64,000 nt of DNA from Candidatus Uhrbacteria bacterium. Its GTDB lineage: Bacteria; Patescibacteriota; Patescibacteriia; JACRJV01. The DNA lies in NCBI GenBank assembly GCA_016215325.1, contig JACRJV010000003.1, forward strand, positions 36,191 to 100,190, in the 5' to 3' direction. The position numbers were made by a program, and so were the translations under genes. The notes below the pieces were generated by a model. It was not told the DNA's origin. It searched no databases and saw only the letters and a program-made list of their open reading frames with translations. This document shows, one piece after another, positions 17,487 to 28,574 of this stretch; the first letter of the stretch is position 1; each line of letters opens with the position of its first letter.

Positions 17487-18812
17487 TTATGCAAGACGCC
17501 GAAATCCTGCATTCGCAGGTTTACCGTTTAGCCTTTTTTCCACGTCTCCAGCACGAATTGCAACAGCGATTTCCCCAAACGCACGGTCCGTTGCCTCCAA
17601 ATACTTTACAACATGATCACTCGTATGTGCGTACATTGCATAGCAAAGATTGGATGCTAAAAATCCTTGCTCCAACATAAGCTGTACATATAATGCTTTG
17701 ATCGCCAGAGGATGTTCATGCTCAAAGTTGAAGTGACTTGCGGGATAAATACCGCCGACGTTGATTGTAAGGGCGTGACGCTGCGCAATCTGCTTCCAGC
17801 CCTCTTGTACCTGTTTCCCAATCTTAACCAAATGTTTACCTACATTCAACGTACGATGCTTCTGTATTGTGGCAAGCGCCGCCGTTGGCCCAACCCTCTC
17901 CGACCACATCGTGCTGCTCATAAACGTAAGTTCTGCAGCATCCATAAATTGCCCTTTCCCAATAACCGCAGCAATCGGATACCCATTCCCCATCGCCTTC
18001 GAGAACACCGCGATATCAGGAGTAAGTCCATACAAAAGATGGGCACCTCCGGAATTTAACCGGAACGCCGCGGACACTTCATCCACAACAAGGACAGCTC
18101 CTGCTTCATCCGCAAGCGCACGAACCCCCGGGAGAAATTCTGGCGTTGGGTCACTTCCTCGAATCGGTTCAATTACAATTGCCGCCAAATCCTTGCCGTG
18201 CTCTTTAATAATCGTTTTTAATATGTCAAGGCGGTTATAGGGGAACGGTACGACGGTGCCGCGAAGCCCTCGCGGCACTCCTCTTGGCTCTAACCCCGGA
18301 AGAAGAAGATCATTGAGTCCATCGGGTCGCTCAAGATTCACAGCAAGATACCAATCATTCCAACCATGGTACCCACAAACTGCCACAATATCACGACCAG
18401 TGAAGGCTCGTGCAATCCGAACCGCAATGGCCATCCCCTCCCCTCCTCCTCGCGCGAAACGCACCTTTTCTGCCCACGGATGAATCTCACAAAGCAAATC
18501 CGCGAGCTCGACTTCTTCAGGGCAATTCAGCGAGCTACTGGAGCCATTGTCTATAGCTGCTGTAACCGCGGCATTCACATCAGGATCGGCATACCCCAGC
18601 ACATTTGCACCAATCCCACCAATACTCATGTCAATGTACCGGTTGCCATCTAAGTCCCACACTTCCACCCCCTTCGCTCGCTGATAATACCCCGGCCATA
18701 CTCCAAGCGAAAACATGTCAGGACGCTTAGATAACAGCTGATTCATTCCTGGGATTCTACGTTTCGACGCTTCTTGCATTGCTAGACTTTTGGTGAGATT
18801 CATAAGCTTCAT
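17487..18812 (-). CDS. Class III aminotransferase (glutamate-1-semialdehyde aminomutase-like)
   Basis: WDLDGNRYID, GYHGW, VDEV, FSKAMGNGYP. Confidence 0.9.
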   Translation of the reverse strand: MKLMNLTKSLAMQEASKRRIPGMNQLLSKRPDMFSLGVWPGYYQRAKGVEVWDLDGNRYIDMSIGGIGANVLGYADPDVNAAVTAAIDNGSSSSLNCPEEVELADLLCEIHPWAEKVRFARGGGEGMAIAVRIARAFTGRDIVAVCGYHGWNDWYLAVNLERPDGLNDLLLPGLEPRGVPRGLRGTVVPFPYNRLDILKTIIKEHGKDLAAIVIEPIRGSDPTPEFLPGVRALADEAGAVLVVDEVSAAFRLNSGGAHLLYGLTPDIAVFSKAMGNGYPIAAVIGKGQFMDAAELTFMSSTMWSERVGPTAALATIQKHRTLNVGKHLVKIGKQVQEGWKQIAQRHALTINVGGIYPASHFNFEHEHPLAIKALYVQLMLEQGFLASNLCYAMYAHTSDHVVKYLEATDRAFGEIAVAIRAGDVEKRLNGKPANAGFRRLA

Positions 18813-20941
18813 ATATGAGACCTAACGAGGGCGGTAATTTCGTCGATAACCCTGCCAACATCGCGATCTGTCATCAGCGGACTCAGCGGTATAGAGAGAC
18901 ACCGCCGATAATACTCTTCGGCACGAGGACAATCCCCCCAATGCGTCCCAAACTGCTGCTGATAAAAAGGTTGTGTATGGACAGGTATGTAGTGAACTTG
19001 GGTTTGGATTCCACGATTGTTTAGATGCACCATGCATTCCGCACGACTTCTTCCAATTTTTTCAAAATCGATTCCGAGGACATAGAGATGAAAAATACTT
19101 TCACAATCCGGTGACTCGAACGGTCTCTGAATGCATGGAAGGTCTTGAAAAGCGCTCTGGTATTGTCGGACAATGGCTCGTCTCCTTGTCTGAAATAATT
19201 CTAATTTAGCAATTTGCGAAATCCCCAACGCGCATTGGATATCGGTAAGACGGTAATTATAGCCAAGTTCTTGCTGTTCATAGTACCAAGGATTAACCAT
19301 ACCCTCCCCTGAGCCACTGAATCCCTGTTGAAGATACACAAACTCCTTGGGGTCATTGGTGATCCCATGGGACCGTAACTTCCGCACCATCCTATCCAAG
19401 ACCGGATCATTGGTAAGCACCGCTCCACCTTCTCCGGTTGTGATGTGTTTTACTGGATGAAAGCTCATCACTACCATATCAGAAAATCGACAGGAACCCA
19501 CCGGCGTACCCTTATACCGAGAACCGAACACATGGCAGGCATCTTCGATAATAACGATACGGTGCCGATACTTCGCCTCCGCTTCTTTCACAATCTGGGC
19601 AATTGATTCCATATCACAACTCTGCCCGGCAAAGTGGACTGGAATAACGGCCTTGGTGCGTTGCGTAATTTTGCGCGCAATCTCAGCTGGAGCGATATTA
19701 TACGTATGCGGATCGATATCCGCAAAGATAGGCCTCCCACCACAATACACAACACAGTTTGCCGAGGCGACAAAGGTGTTCGGAGAGGTGATCACTTCAT
19801 CTCCAGGTCCTATGCCCGCAGCACGACAAGCAAGATGTAACGCTGAGGTGCCGGAATTCACCGCCACTGCGTAGCGTGACTCTGTAACGTTAGATATCGC
19901 CTCTTCAAAATGCTTCACGCGAGGTCCTTGAGTAAGGTGAGTCGACTTCAATGCCACTGTCACCGCTTCAATGTCATCCCCATCGATAGTGTGTCTCCCA
20001 TACGAAAGATATTTAGAGGGCTGCCGTATCGTTCCCGAGTTACGAAGAATATCTGTTCTTTGGTAATCTTTATAAAAACGTTCAATGGAATCCTTGATTG
20101 TGGGCATCGGCGTTGCCAACGCGTGTTCTAACTTATCGACACATAGTGATAGATTATGGCCCCTTGTTGCCAAAAAAGTATGCTCACTTAAAGAGTGTTT
20201 GATCACTTGTGAGGGATCAAAGCCGAATGTTGTTGCAACGAGGCGGGCGAACTCATACTTCGAACATGAATCGTGTGTGCCAATATTGTAGATCCCTTGC
20301 AAATCAGCACGCAGGGCCCATTCAATCACTCGTGCAACGTCAACGGCATAGAGCGAAGAAAAAACCGCATCATAAAATCCAGAAACAATCTCTCCCCGTT
20401 GAAGACGATGGAGGATCCATTCCGCCAAACTCTCTTTACTGAGAATATTCCAGCCAAAAAAATTTGCCCTAAGAATCAAAGCTGCGCTGACTCGCTCACA
20501 TTCGCGCTCGCCAAAATACTTGGTGAGGCCATAATAATTCTGAGGCGCGACAGGATCCAATTCGGAGTAATCCCCCTTGGTGCCTTGATAGACAGCATCG
20601 GTTGATATGTACACGAGTTTCGTTGGGGTTCCTCTGATGGCCTCGACAACATGTTTCGTTGTGAGATGGTTCATCTGCTGGCAAAGAGCCGTCTCCCGTT
20701 CGCATTGATCGACATTGGTAAGGGACGCGCAGTGTATTACAACATCCGGTTGAATTTCACTCACGATTCGTCTCGCCTCTTGCTGCTCACTCAAGTCACA
20801 TTGAACTGTAGAGGCCCCCTCAATAATAAGAGGATGCTGCCAATACAACCCAATGATTTCAAACGTATCCTTTAAAAAAAGAGCGAGATTACTCCCGAGA
20901 AGTCCACTCACGCCGGTAATAAGGATGCGCTGACGGGCCAT
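18809..20941 (-). CDS. pseC: Fusion of an RmlD-like reductase domain and a PseC-type aminotransferase
   Basis: N-half ITGVSGLLG, ISTDAVY, YGLTK; C-half YGRHTID, EDACH, SFHPVKHITTGEGG, LGYNYRLTDIQCALG. Confidence 0.85.
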   Translation of the reverse strand: MARQRILITGVSGLLGSNLALFLKDTFEIIGLYWQHPLIIEGASTVQCDLSEQQEARRIVSEIQPDVVIHCASLTNVDQCERETALCQQMNHLTTKHVVEAIRGTPTKLVYISTDAVYQGTKGDYSELDPVAPQNYYGLTKYFGERECERVSAALILRANFFGWNILSKESLAEWILHRLQRGEIVSGFYDAVFSSLYAVDVARVIEWALRADLQGIYNIGTHDSCSKYEFARLVATTFGFDPSQVIKHSLSEHTFLATRGHNLSLCVDKLEHALATPMPTIKDSIERFYKDYQRTDILRNSGTIRQPSKYLSYGRHTIDGDDIEAVTVALKSTHLTQGPRVKHFEEAISNVTESRYAVAVNSGTSALHLACRAAGIGPGDEVITSPNTFVASANCVVYCGGRPIFADIDPHTYNIAPAEIARKITQRTKAVIPVHFAGQSCDMESIAQIVKEAEAKYRHRIVIIEDACHVFGSRYKGTPVGSCRFSDMVVMSFHPVKHITTGEGGAVLTNDPVLDRMVRKLRSHGITNDPKEFVYLQQGFSGSGEGMVNPWYYEQQELGYNYRLTDIQCALGISQIAKLELFQTRRRAIVRQYQSAFQDLPCIQRPFESPDCESIFHLYVLGIDFEKIGRSRAECMVHLNNRGIQTQVHYIPVHTQPFYQQQFGTHWGDCPRAEEYYRRCLSIPLSPLMTDRDVGRVIDEITALVRSHI

Positions 20942-20956
20942 ACCCCAGAGTGTTTA

Positions 20957-21991
20957 TCACTTTGGAACCTCATCCATCGACCATCGGATCTGCCCTTCTG
21001 CAATATCATGGGCAACCTGCGCGACGATCGAACGTAACTCTACAACACTCATCATCCAGGGGTTCGTTCCAGAATTATACTCAAAGTCCTCAGCACATTT
21101 TTGCACGTTTGGGTAGGAAAGGGCAGGGCTGGCGGCTGCATGCGGCTGGGCGATCACGTAGGAATGATCGAATTCCCAGGTGTGTCGAGCATCGTCCCGA
21201 CTAATGAGCAGCTCATGAATCTTTTCACCCGGACGAATGCCAACCACTTCTTGTCGACATTCCGGCGCCACCGCAGAAGCCAAATCGGTAATCTTCATTG
21301 ATGGAATTTTCGGTACAAAAATTTCTCCACCACGAGCGATCTCGAATACATTAAGAACAAAACGTACCCCTTGCTCAATAGTAATCCAAAAACGTGTCAT
21401 CTGCGGATCTGTGATGGGGAGCACACCTGTTTTGGATCGCTCTAAGAAAAATGGAATGACCGAACCACGGCTCCCGACCACATTACCGTATCGAACCACC
21501 GCGAAAATAGTTTCTTTCGACCCCCGATAAACATTCGCAGCAGTGAAGAGTTTATCTGAACAAAGTTTCGTTGCTCCATAGAGGTTGATAGGGTTACAGG
21601 CCTTATCAGTCGATAAAGCAACCACTTTTTTTACATTGGCAGTAAGCGCCGCCTCGATAATATTCATCGCTCCCAACACATTGGTTTTGATCGCTTCGGA
21701 GGGATTATATTCTGCCGCAGGTACCTGTTTGAGTGCCGCGGCATGAATAACATAATCAACCCCATCAAAGGCACGCAGGAGCCGTTCTTTGTCTCGGACA
21801 TCACCGATGAAATAACGAATACAGGGGTATTTCGATGTACTCCAACGTTGCGACATCTCGAATTGCTTTAACTCATCACGACTGAATACTATCAATCGCC
21901 TTGGTTTGTACTCTTGGAGTATCGCTTCGACCATCTTTTTCCCAAACGATCCTGTCCCCCCAGTAATGAGTACTGTTTTATCATTGAACAT
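20957..21991 (-). CDS. pseB: UDP-N-acetylglucosamine 4,6-dehydratase (inverting)
   Basis: TGGTGSFG, SRDELKQ, STDKACNPINLYGATK, RYGNVVGSRGSV, TRFWIT. Confidence 0.92.
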   Translation of the reverse strand: MFNDKTVLITGGTGSFGKKMVEAILQEYKPRRLIVFSRDELKQFEMSQRWSTSKYPCIRYFIGDVRDKERLLRAFDGVDYVIHAAALKQVPAAEYNPSEAIKTNVLGAMNIIEAALTANVKKVVALSTDKACNPINLYGATKLCSDKLFTAANVYRGSKETIFAVVRYGNVVGSRGSVIPFFLERSKTGVLPITDPQMTRFWITIEQGVRFVLNVFEIARGGEIFVPKIPSMKITDLASAVAPECRQEVVGIRPGEKIHELLISRDDARHTWEFDHSYVIAQPHAAASPALSYPNVQKCAEDFEYNSGTNPWMMSVVELRSIVAQVAHDIAEGQIRWSMDEVPK

Positions 21992-22508
21992 AAGACGAAA
22001 TCGTTACTGTGGAACGAGGCGCATTGTCATGACCTCGAAACGCCCACCAACGATACATAAAAAAATTCCAACTAACCACGAATGGACCCGCAATAAGCTT
22101 TGCGATTATGTCATGGAAGCCCAAGAATTCAACACCGCTGTACAGAATCCCTTGAGCAATCGCAATACCACCAATGGTACTCATCACAAACTTCAGATAT
22201 TGAGCAGCACATCCACTCTGTTGTTGTTGGAACGCCCAATGTTTATTCCAAAAAAAACTCCACGTCACAACAATAGAAAATGAAATTCCGTTTGCTATCA
22301 AATAGTGCTCCTTCCAAAACATCCATCCACGAGTAAGCATCGAGTATATTGTAAAATCAATCAACGTATTCCCAACCCCGATAATGCCATACCGAATAAA
22401 GGAGTGAAACAAGGCAAGCACACGAACGTTGGTTTTAATTACGATAACAGATCGGCACCAAACGAACAACAACTCACAGTCGAAGGTACGAGACGTCCCG
22501 ACCCTCAA
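21981..22508 (-). CDS. GtrA-like membrane protein (true start probably ~30 codons downstream)
   Basis: FIRYGIIGVGNTLIDF, SFFWNKHWAF, WNFFMYRWWAF. Confidence 0.85.
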   Translation of the reverse strand: MRVGTSRTFDCELLFVWCRSVIVIKTNVRVLALFHSFIRYGIIGVGNTLIDFTIYSMLTRGWMFWKEHYLIANGISFSIVVTWSFFWNKHWAFQQQQSGCAAQYLKFVMSTIGGIAIAQGILYSGVEFLGFHDIIAKLIAGPFVVSWNFFMYRWWAFRGHDNAPRSTVTISSYVQ

Positions 22509-23814
22509 ACAGTTGACCGCGAGAAAACACTCCCTTCACATCCATAAATACGCCGGGGTTATGCAGCAGGTATTCAAATTGCTGCGCATTCATTGAACGG
22601 AATACGCTGTGGGGCGAACACACCACCACGGCATCTGCTCGAGGGATATCGCGCAATTCCTGATAATACGAAATGGCACACGTCTCTCGGAGATCCTCGA
22701 TGGCAACAAGCGGATCGTAGCCACTGACCTTGACGCCGTACTCCTGCAATGCTCTTACGACGTCAAACGCTTTCGAGTTGCGAATATCGCGCACATCCTC
22801 TTTAAATGTAAGCCCCATGACCAGCACATGCGCATTTTGAATGGGTTTTCCCTGCTTAATAATCGCCTTCACTGTACGATCGGCCAAATGCTGCGCCATT
22901 GAATCATTAATATGCCGCCCGGCCAAAATCACCTGCGGGTCATAGCCTAGTTCTTGCGCTTTATGCGTTAAATAATACGGGTCAACCCCAATGCAATGCC
23001 CACCGACCAATCCGGGGGAATATTTATGGAAATTCCATTTGGTTCCGGCTGCATCAAGAACCTCACGCGTATCGATCCCAAGTTTCTCAAAAATCAACGA
23101 GCACTCATTGACGAGAGCAATGTTGAGGTCGCGTTGAATATTTTCAATCACTTTCGCCGCTTCCGCAGTTTTAATGTTGGATGCCCGGTGAACGCCATTG
23201 ACGCAAATGCGCCCATACACCATGGCAATTTTTTCAAGTGTTAGCGCATCCATCCCGGAAACAATTTTTACGATTTTATCAACGGTGTGTTCGTGATCAC
23301 CCGGATTGATGCGCTCCGGAGAGTACCCGATAAACCAATCCTTTCCGCACACCAACCCAGAACCCTTCTCAATAATCGGTACGCAGATATCTTCCGTGAC
23401 ACCCGGGTACACTGTCGATTCAAACACAACGATAGTCCCTGAACGGATATGGGCACCGATGGTTGTGGATACTTCAATCACCGGAGTTAAATCTGGTTGC
23501 TTTGCCTTTGTGATGGGTGTCGGCGGAGTCGCAATAATAAAATTCGCCCGCTCAAGTACTGCCGGGTCAGTGCTCAACTCAAGCATGCTCTCCGATAGCT
23601 GCTGCCGCGTTATCTCTCCGCCAGGATCATTACCGTCCTGAAGCGCCTTTACCCTTTTTTCGGAACGATTATACCCTATGACGGGCGCCCATTCGGTTCT
23701 GCCAAACGCCACTGCTAATGGCAAACCCACGTAACCCAAACCAACCACGGCTATCCGAGGTGTCCATGCAGGTTTTTCGATTTCGCTCTCAAGCCCGAGA
23801 GGAAGCATAGACAT
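22474..23814 (-). CDS. UDP-N-acetylhexosamine 6-dehydrogenase (TviB/WbpO-like)
   Basis: GLGYVG, ESTVYPG, SPERINPG, GGHCIGVDPYYL, GLTFKE. Confidence 0.9.
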   Translation of the reverse strand: MSMLPLGLESEIEKPAWTPRIAVVGLGYVGLPLAVAFGRTEWAPVIGYNRSEKRVKALQDGNDPGGEITRQQLSESMLELSTDPAVLERANFIIATPPTPITKAKQPDLTPVIEVSTTIGAHIRSGTIVVFESTVYPGVTEDICVPIIEKGSGLVCGKDWFIGYSPERINPGDHEHTVDKIVKIVSGMDALTLEKIAMVYGRICVNGVHRASNIKTAEAAKVIENIQRDLNIALVNECSLIFEKLGIDTREVLDAAGTKWNFHKYSPGLVGGHCIGVDPYYLTHKAQELGYDPQVILAGRHINDSMAQHLADRTVKAIIKQGKPIQNAHVLVMGLTFKEDVRDIRNSKAFDVVRALQEYGVKVSGYDPLVAIEDLRETCAISYYQELRDIPRADAVVVCSPHSVFRSMNAQQFEYLLHNPGVFMDVKGVFSRGQLFEGRDVSYLRL

Positions 23815-23832
23815 CGTAGCAAGAGTAAAAGT

Positions 23833-23861
23833 AGTATAAACGAAGGCGTGACGACAAGCAA
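23833..23861 (-). promoter_or_regulatory. sigma70-type promoter at the head of the dehydrogenase-gtrA-pse operon
   Basis: TTGCTT-17 bp-TATACT. Confidence 0.6.
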
Positions 23862-23865
23862 GGCC

Positions 23866-24834
23866 TCAATTCGACAATGCCGCTTGATAAGAGGATTGAT
23901 ACCATTCGATGAATCGGGGAATGCCTTCTTGGATTCTTGTCTTCGGCCCAAATCCTAAAAGCTCACGAGCCTTTGTAATATCTGCAGAGGTCGCTGGAAC
24001 GTCTCCTGGCTGGATGTCTTTATATATTTTTTTTGCCGTTTTTCCGACTTCGTTCTCGATGATGGTGATAAACTCCGTGAGTTGCTCGGTATGATTATTC
24101 CCAAGGTTGAGCACGTGGTATTCTCGGTCAGAGAGTTCTGTCGCGGCAACCGTGCCAAGGACAATATCATCGATATAGGTGAAATCTCGGCGCATGTCTC
24201 CCTTATTGTATACTTCAATAGGAGTGCCTTCGACAATCGCGCGTGTAAATTTGAATAACGCCATGTCTGGCCGACCCCATGGGCCATACACCGTAAAATA
24301 TCGCAAGCCAACGACAGGGAGGTGATAGAGATGGTGGTAGCTGTACGCCATGAGCTCGCACGCTTTTTTGGTTGCCGCATACGGCGAAATGGGGTGATCC
24401 ACTGGATCGTCTTCGGAGAACGGAAGCTTTTTATTATTCCCATACACCGAGGAACTGGACGCAAACACAAACCGTCCTACTCCACTGCGGACCGATAATT
24501 CAAGCATATTGGTCGTTCCACCGACATTCACTTCTTGGTATAACCGCGGATGTTCGAGTGACGCGCGCACCCCTGCGCGGGCCGCCAAGTGACACACCGC
24601 ATCAAAATGATACTGCCCAAAGACGCGCTCCAGCGCAGAGTAATCTCGAATATCTATACGATGGACTGGGATATCCAGCCCTTTGAGCAACACCTGAACC
24701 CGATCCTCTTTTAATTGCGGATCATAGTAATCGTTAAAGTCATCAACGATAACCACATGGTGCCCTCGCCGGCACAATTCCTTTGCCGTGTGGGAACCAA
24801 TAAACCCTGCTCCGCCGGTCACGAGGATGTTCAT
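23866..24834 (-). CDS. NAD-dependent epimerase (UDP-glucuronate 4-epimerase/CapI-like)
   Basis: TGGAGFIG, HLAARAGVR, YAATK, FTVYGPWGRPDMA. Confidence 0.9.
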   Translation of the reverse strand: MNILVTGGAGFIGSHTAKELCRRGHHVVIVDDFNDYYDPQLKEDRVQVLLKGLDIPVHRIDIRDYSALERVFGQYHFDAVCHLAARAGVRASLEHPRLYQEVNVGGTTNMLELSVRSGVGRFVFASSSSVYGNNKKLPFSEDDPVDHPISPYAATKKACELMAYSYHHLYHLPVVGLRYFTVYGPWGRPDMALFKFTRAIVEGTPIEVYNKGDMRRDFTYIDDIVLGTVAATELSDREYHVLNLGNNHTEQLTEFITIIENEVGKTAKKIYKDIQPGDVPATSADITKARELLGFGPKTRIQEGIPRFIEWYQSSYQAALSN

Positions 24835-24836
24835 AG

Positions 24837-25625
24837 CTACTTAATCCTACCGCTCACTCTGTACCACACCATCCCCAACCTCTCATGGAGCCCTTGAGTT
24901 GATTGAGAAAAATATTCTATCTGCGGGAATAATGCCATGGGGGTTTGTCGTTTTCCTCGAGTGTAATAGTCAGTCGGTTCTGGGACGACATCAAGCTCTT
25001 GCGATTCCATGACGCGAACCGAACGAGGCATGTGGAATGCCGAGGTCACCAGAATAATCGAATACCCCTTTTTTGCTGGGATCCTCTTGCGCAGCCACTC
25101 TACAACGGCCTCGCCGCTTTCGGCGGTCGTCCGGGACCCGTCTTCAATAAAACACGAATCCCCAACCCCCGCAACAGCCGCGATTTCACAAGCGCGTCTT
25201 GCTTCGTACGAAGTTGTTTGGAAGGGGTCACCTGATCCCCCCGAATAGAGCATGGGAACGTTCCCGTTATACGATCGTGTAATCTCAATCCCCTTCCAGA
25301 GCCGGCGCCAACTGCTGCCGGAAAGCTCAACGATCTCATTGTTGCGGGGTACCGCCGCCCCGCCGGCCAACACCACAATCGCATCCACCGAATCCGCTGC
25401 CGGCAACGTTGAGGGAGCGGTATATTCATGTTCAAGACTTCCTAACAAAAGTTGTGCAGTGGGGCCGATGGACAAAAGATAATACACAAGAGCGGTGCAG
25501 AGCAAGAGGCGACTGCCCCATCGTCGGCCCTTGTGCACCCCCCACCATGCGGCCAGCATCCCCACCAACAGGAGTGTCGGGGGCAGGAAAAACGGCTTCA
25601 CGAGCTTCATGAGGAGGAATGCCAT
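24837..25625 (-). CDS. YdcF/ElyC (DUF218) family envelope protein
   Basis: AIVVLAGG, YSGG, SRTTAE, LVTSAFHMPRS, HERLG. Confidence 0.88.
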   Translation of the reverse strand: MAFLLMKLVKPFFLPPTLLLVGMLAAWWGVHKGRRWGSRLLLCTALVYYLLSIGPTAQLLLGSLEHEYTAPSTLPAADSVDAIVVLAGGAAVPRNNEIVELSGSSWRRLWKGIEITRSYNGNVPMLYSGGSGDPFQTTSYEARRACEIAAVAGVGDSCFIEDGSRTTAESGEAVVEWLRKRIPAKKGYSIILVTSAFHMPRSVRVMESQELDVVPEPTDYYTRGKRQTPMALFPQIEYFSQSTQGLHERLGMVWYRVSGRIK

Positions 25626-25646
25626 ACCCAGTGGTCAACCACGATG

Positions 25647-26963
<1,317 letters not shown>

Positions 26964-26974
26964 TGCTATTAAGC

Positions 26975-27014
26975 AAAAAGAAAAGCGCTGCCCTCGGGTG
27001 ACCCCCTGGGCAGC
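26975..27014 (-). terminator. Rho-independent terminator between ugd and ahcY
   Basis: GCTGCCC/GGGCAGC stem with inner GGG/CCC, followed by GCTTTTCTTTTT on the minus strand. Confidence 0.75.
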
Positions 27015-27184
27015 ACGCGATTGAGATGAGTGTGATTAGTTCTCCTTCAGAGCCTGTCGTACATCCCCTTGGCCAGGATCTCCTCCTCGCGTAATCGGGT
27101 GCGTTGCTAAACAGGCGTACAAAAGATCGTCCTGATAAATCATGGCATTGCGTAGCGGCTGGGGAAGATGCGAACGCATAGGGC

Positions 27185-28477
27185 TCATGGCCGTCCGACG
27201 GAGTAATACTGGAACCCCATCTCCCGCATGTGCTGGGCGTCCAACATATTTCGGCCGTCAAAGACGATGGGGCTGATCATCCCCTGCTTGCACGCGGCCC
27301 ATGGCAAGCAGCGAAACTGCGGCCATTCGGTGAGCACCAGCACCGCGTGTGCTCCAGTAAAAACCTCCTCCGCTACCGGACAAACTTGTAACCGTGGAAT
27401 CTCCTGCATCGCTTTGTGCTCTGCCTGCGGATCATAGGCTACCACCCGCGCTCCTTGGTCATGGAGCCACCGGACAATATCAATCGAGGCGGATTGTCGA
27501 ATATCGTCGGTAAAGGGTTTGAAGGAAAGCCCCAGCACGCCGATGGTCTTGTCGCGTACTTCGCCCAAGGTTTTTTTAATCTTGCGGATAAATTGCCGGC
27601 GCTGCGCTTGATTGACTTCGATCACGGCTTTGAGGAGTTTAAATTCGTAATCATGCTCCAGAGCGATCGAATGGAGCGCCTGTGTGTCTTTGGGGAAACA
27701 CGACCCGCCATAACCAATGCCAGAGTGCAAAAATGCGCTGCCGATGCGAGGATCTAACCCCATCCCATACGCTACATCATCGACATTGGCGCCTACCTCA
27801 TCGCAAAGATTGGCGATTTCGTTGATAAACGAAATTTTGGTTGCCAAAAATGCATTCGAAGAATATTTAATAAGCTCGGCGCTGCGACGGTCTGTGACCA
27901 CGCGTTTGCCCGGCAACGGTCTGTGGAGCTCGAGTAGGGCCGAGCGCGCGCGAATGCTCTCGGTCCCAATGACAATACGATCGGGGTTGCGCAGATCGGC
28001 AAGCGCCGTCCCCTCCCGCAAAAACTCTGGGCAGGAAGCAACACTCATTGTTGATTGTTTGGACAGTCTTTTTTGAATAATCGCTTCGACTTTCTCCCCA
28101 GTGCCCACAGGCACTGTGCTCTTATTGACCACCACAGTATGATCTGCAAGCAATGGGGCAATCGTTTCGGCGACGGCAAACACTTGTGACAAATCCGCGC
28201 TGCCATCCTCTCGCGGAGGCGTGCCCACGCAGATCATCACAACAGAAGAGTCAGAGACCGCTCCCGCAAGGTCGGTCGTGGGCCGAAGAGTTCCCCGGTT
28301 AATCGTGTCTCGGACCGCTTCGGAAAGCCCCGGCTCATAGAAATCAACCTCTCCACGCTTGAGGGCTTCGAGCTTTTCGATGCTCCGACGCGCCAAATAC
28401 ACGGTGTGTCCGAGCTCGGCATACACCACTGCACTCGTGAGCCCCACGTATCCGGCGCCGATGATGGTAAGAGTCAT
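27185..28477 (-). CDS. ugd: UDP-glucose 6-dehydrogenase
   Basis: GAGYVG, NKSTVPVG, PEFLREG, GYGGSCFPKD, FDGRN. Confidence 0.93.
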   Translation of the reverse strand: MTLTIIGAGYVGLTSAVVYAELGHTVYLARRSIEKLEALKRGEVDFYEPGLSEAVRDTINRGTLRPTTDLAGAVSDSSVVMICVGTPPREDGSADLSQVFAVAETIAPLLADHTVVVNKSTVPVGTGEKVEAIIQKRLSKQSTMSVASCPEFLREGTALADLRNPDRIVIGTESIRARSALLELHRPLPGKRVVTDRRSAELIKYSSNAFLATKISFINEIANLCDEVGANVDDVAYGMGLDPRIGSAFLHSGIGYGGSCFPKDTQALHSIALEHDYEFKLLKAVIEVNQAQRRQFIRKIKKTLGEVRDKTIGVLGLSFKPFTDDIRQSASIDIVRWLHDQGARVVAYDPQAEHKAMQEIPRLQVCPVAEEVFTGAHAVLVLTEWPQFRCLPWAACKQGMISPIVFDGRNMLDAQHMREMGFQYYSVGRP

Positions 28478-28486
28478 ACTTAACGC

Positions 28487-28570
28487 AGCAAGATAAGTAA
28501 ATTAAGTAAAATAAGCCCCGTTTCGGTCGATGCTTGTCTCGCTTATCTTGATTAATTAACTCATCTTGCT
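28487..28570. repeat. 9-nt-unit palindromic intergenic element, copy 1 (inverted relative to copies 2 and 3)
   Basis: AGCAAGAT...ATCTTGCT termini; reverse complement contains CAAGCATCGACCGAAACGGGGCTTATTTTACTTAATTTACTTATCT. Confidence 0.85.
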
Positions 28571-28574
28571 AGAT

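Noticed and set aside
17487-18812. hemL (tetrapyrrole synthesis) call
   Set aside because: The spsF/AKR/neuB context and absence of other hem genes point to a glycan-pathway class III aminotransferase
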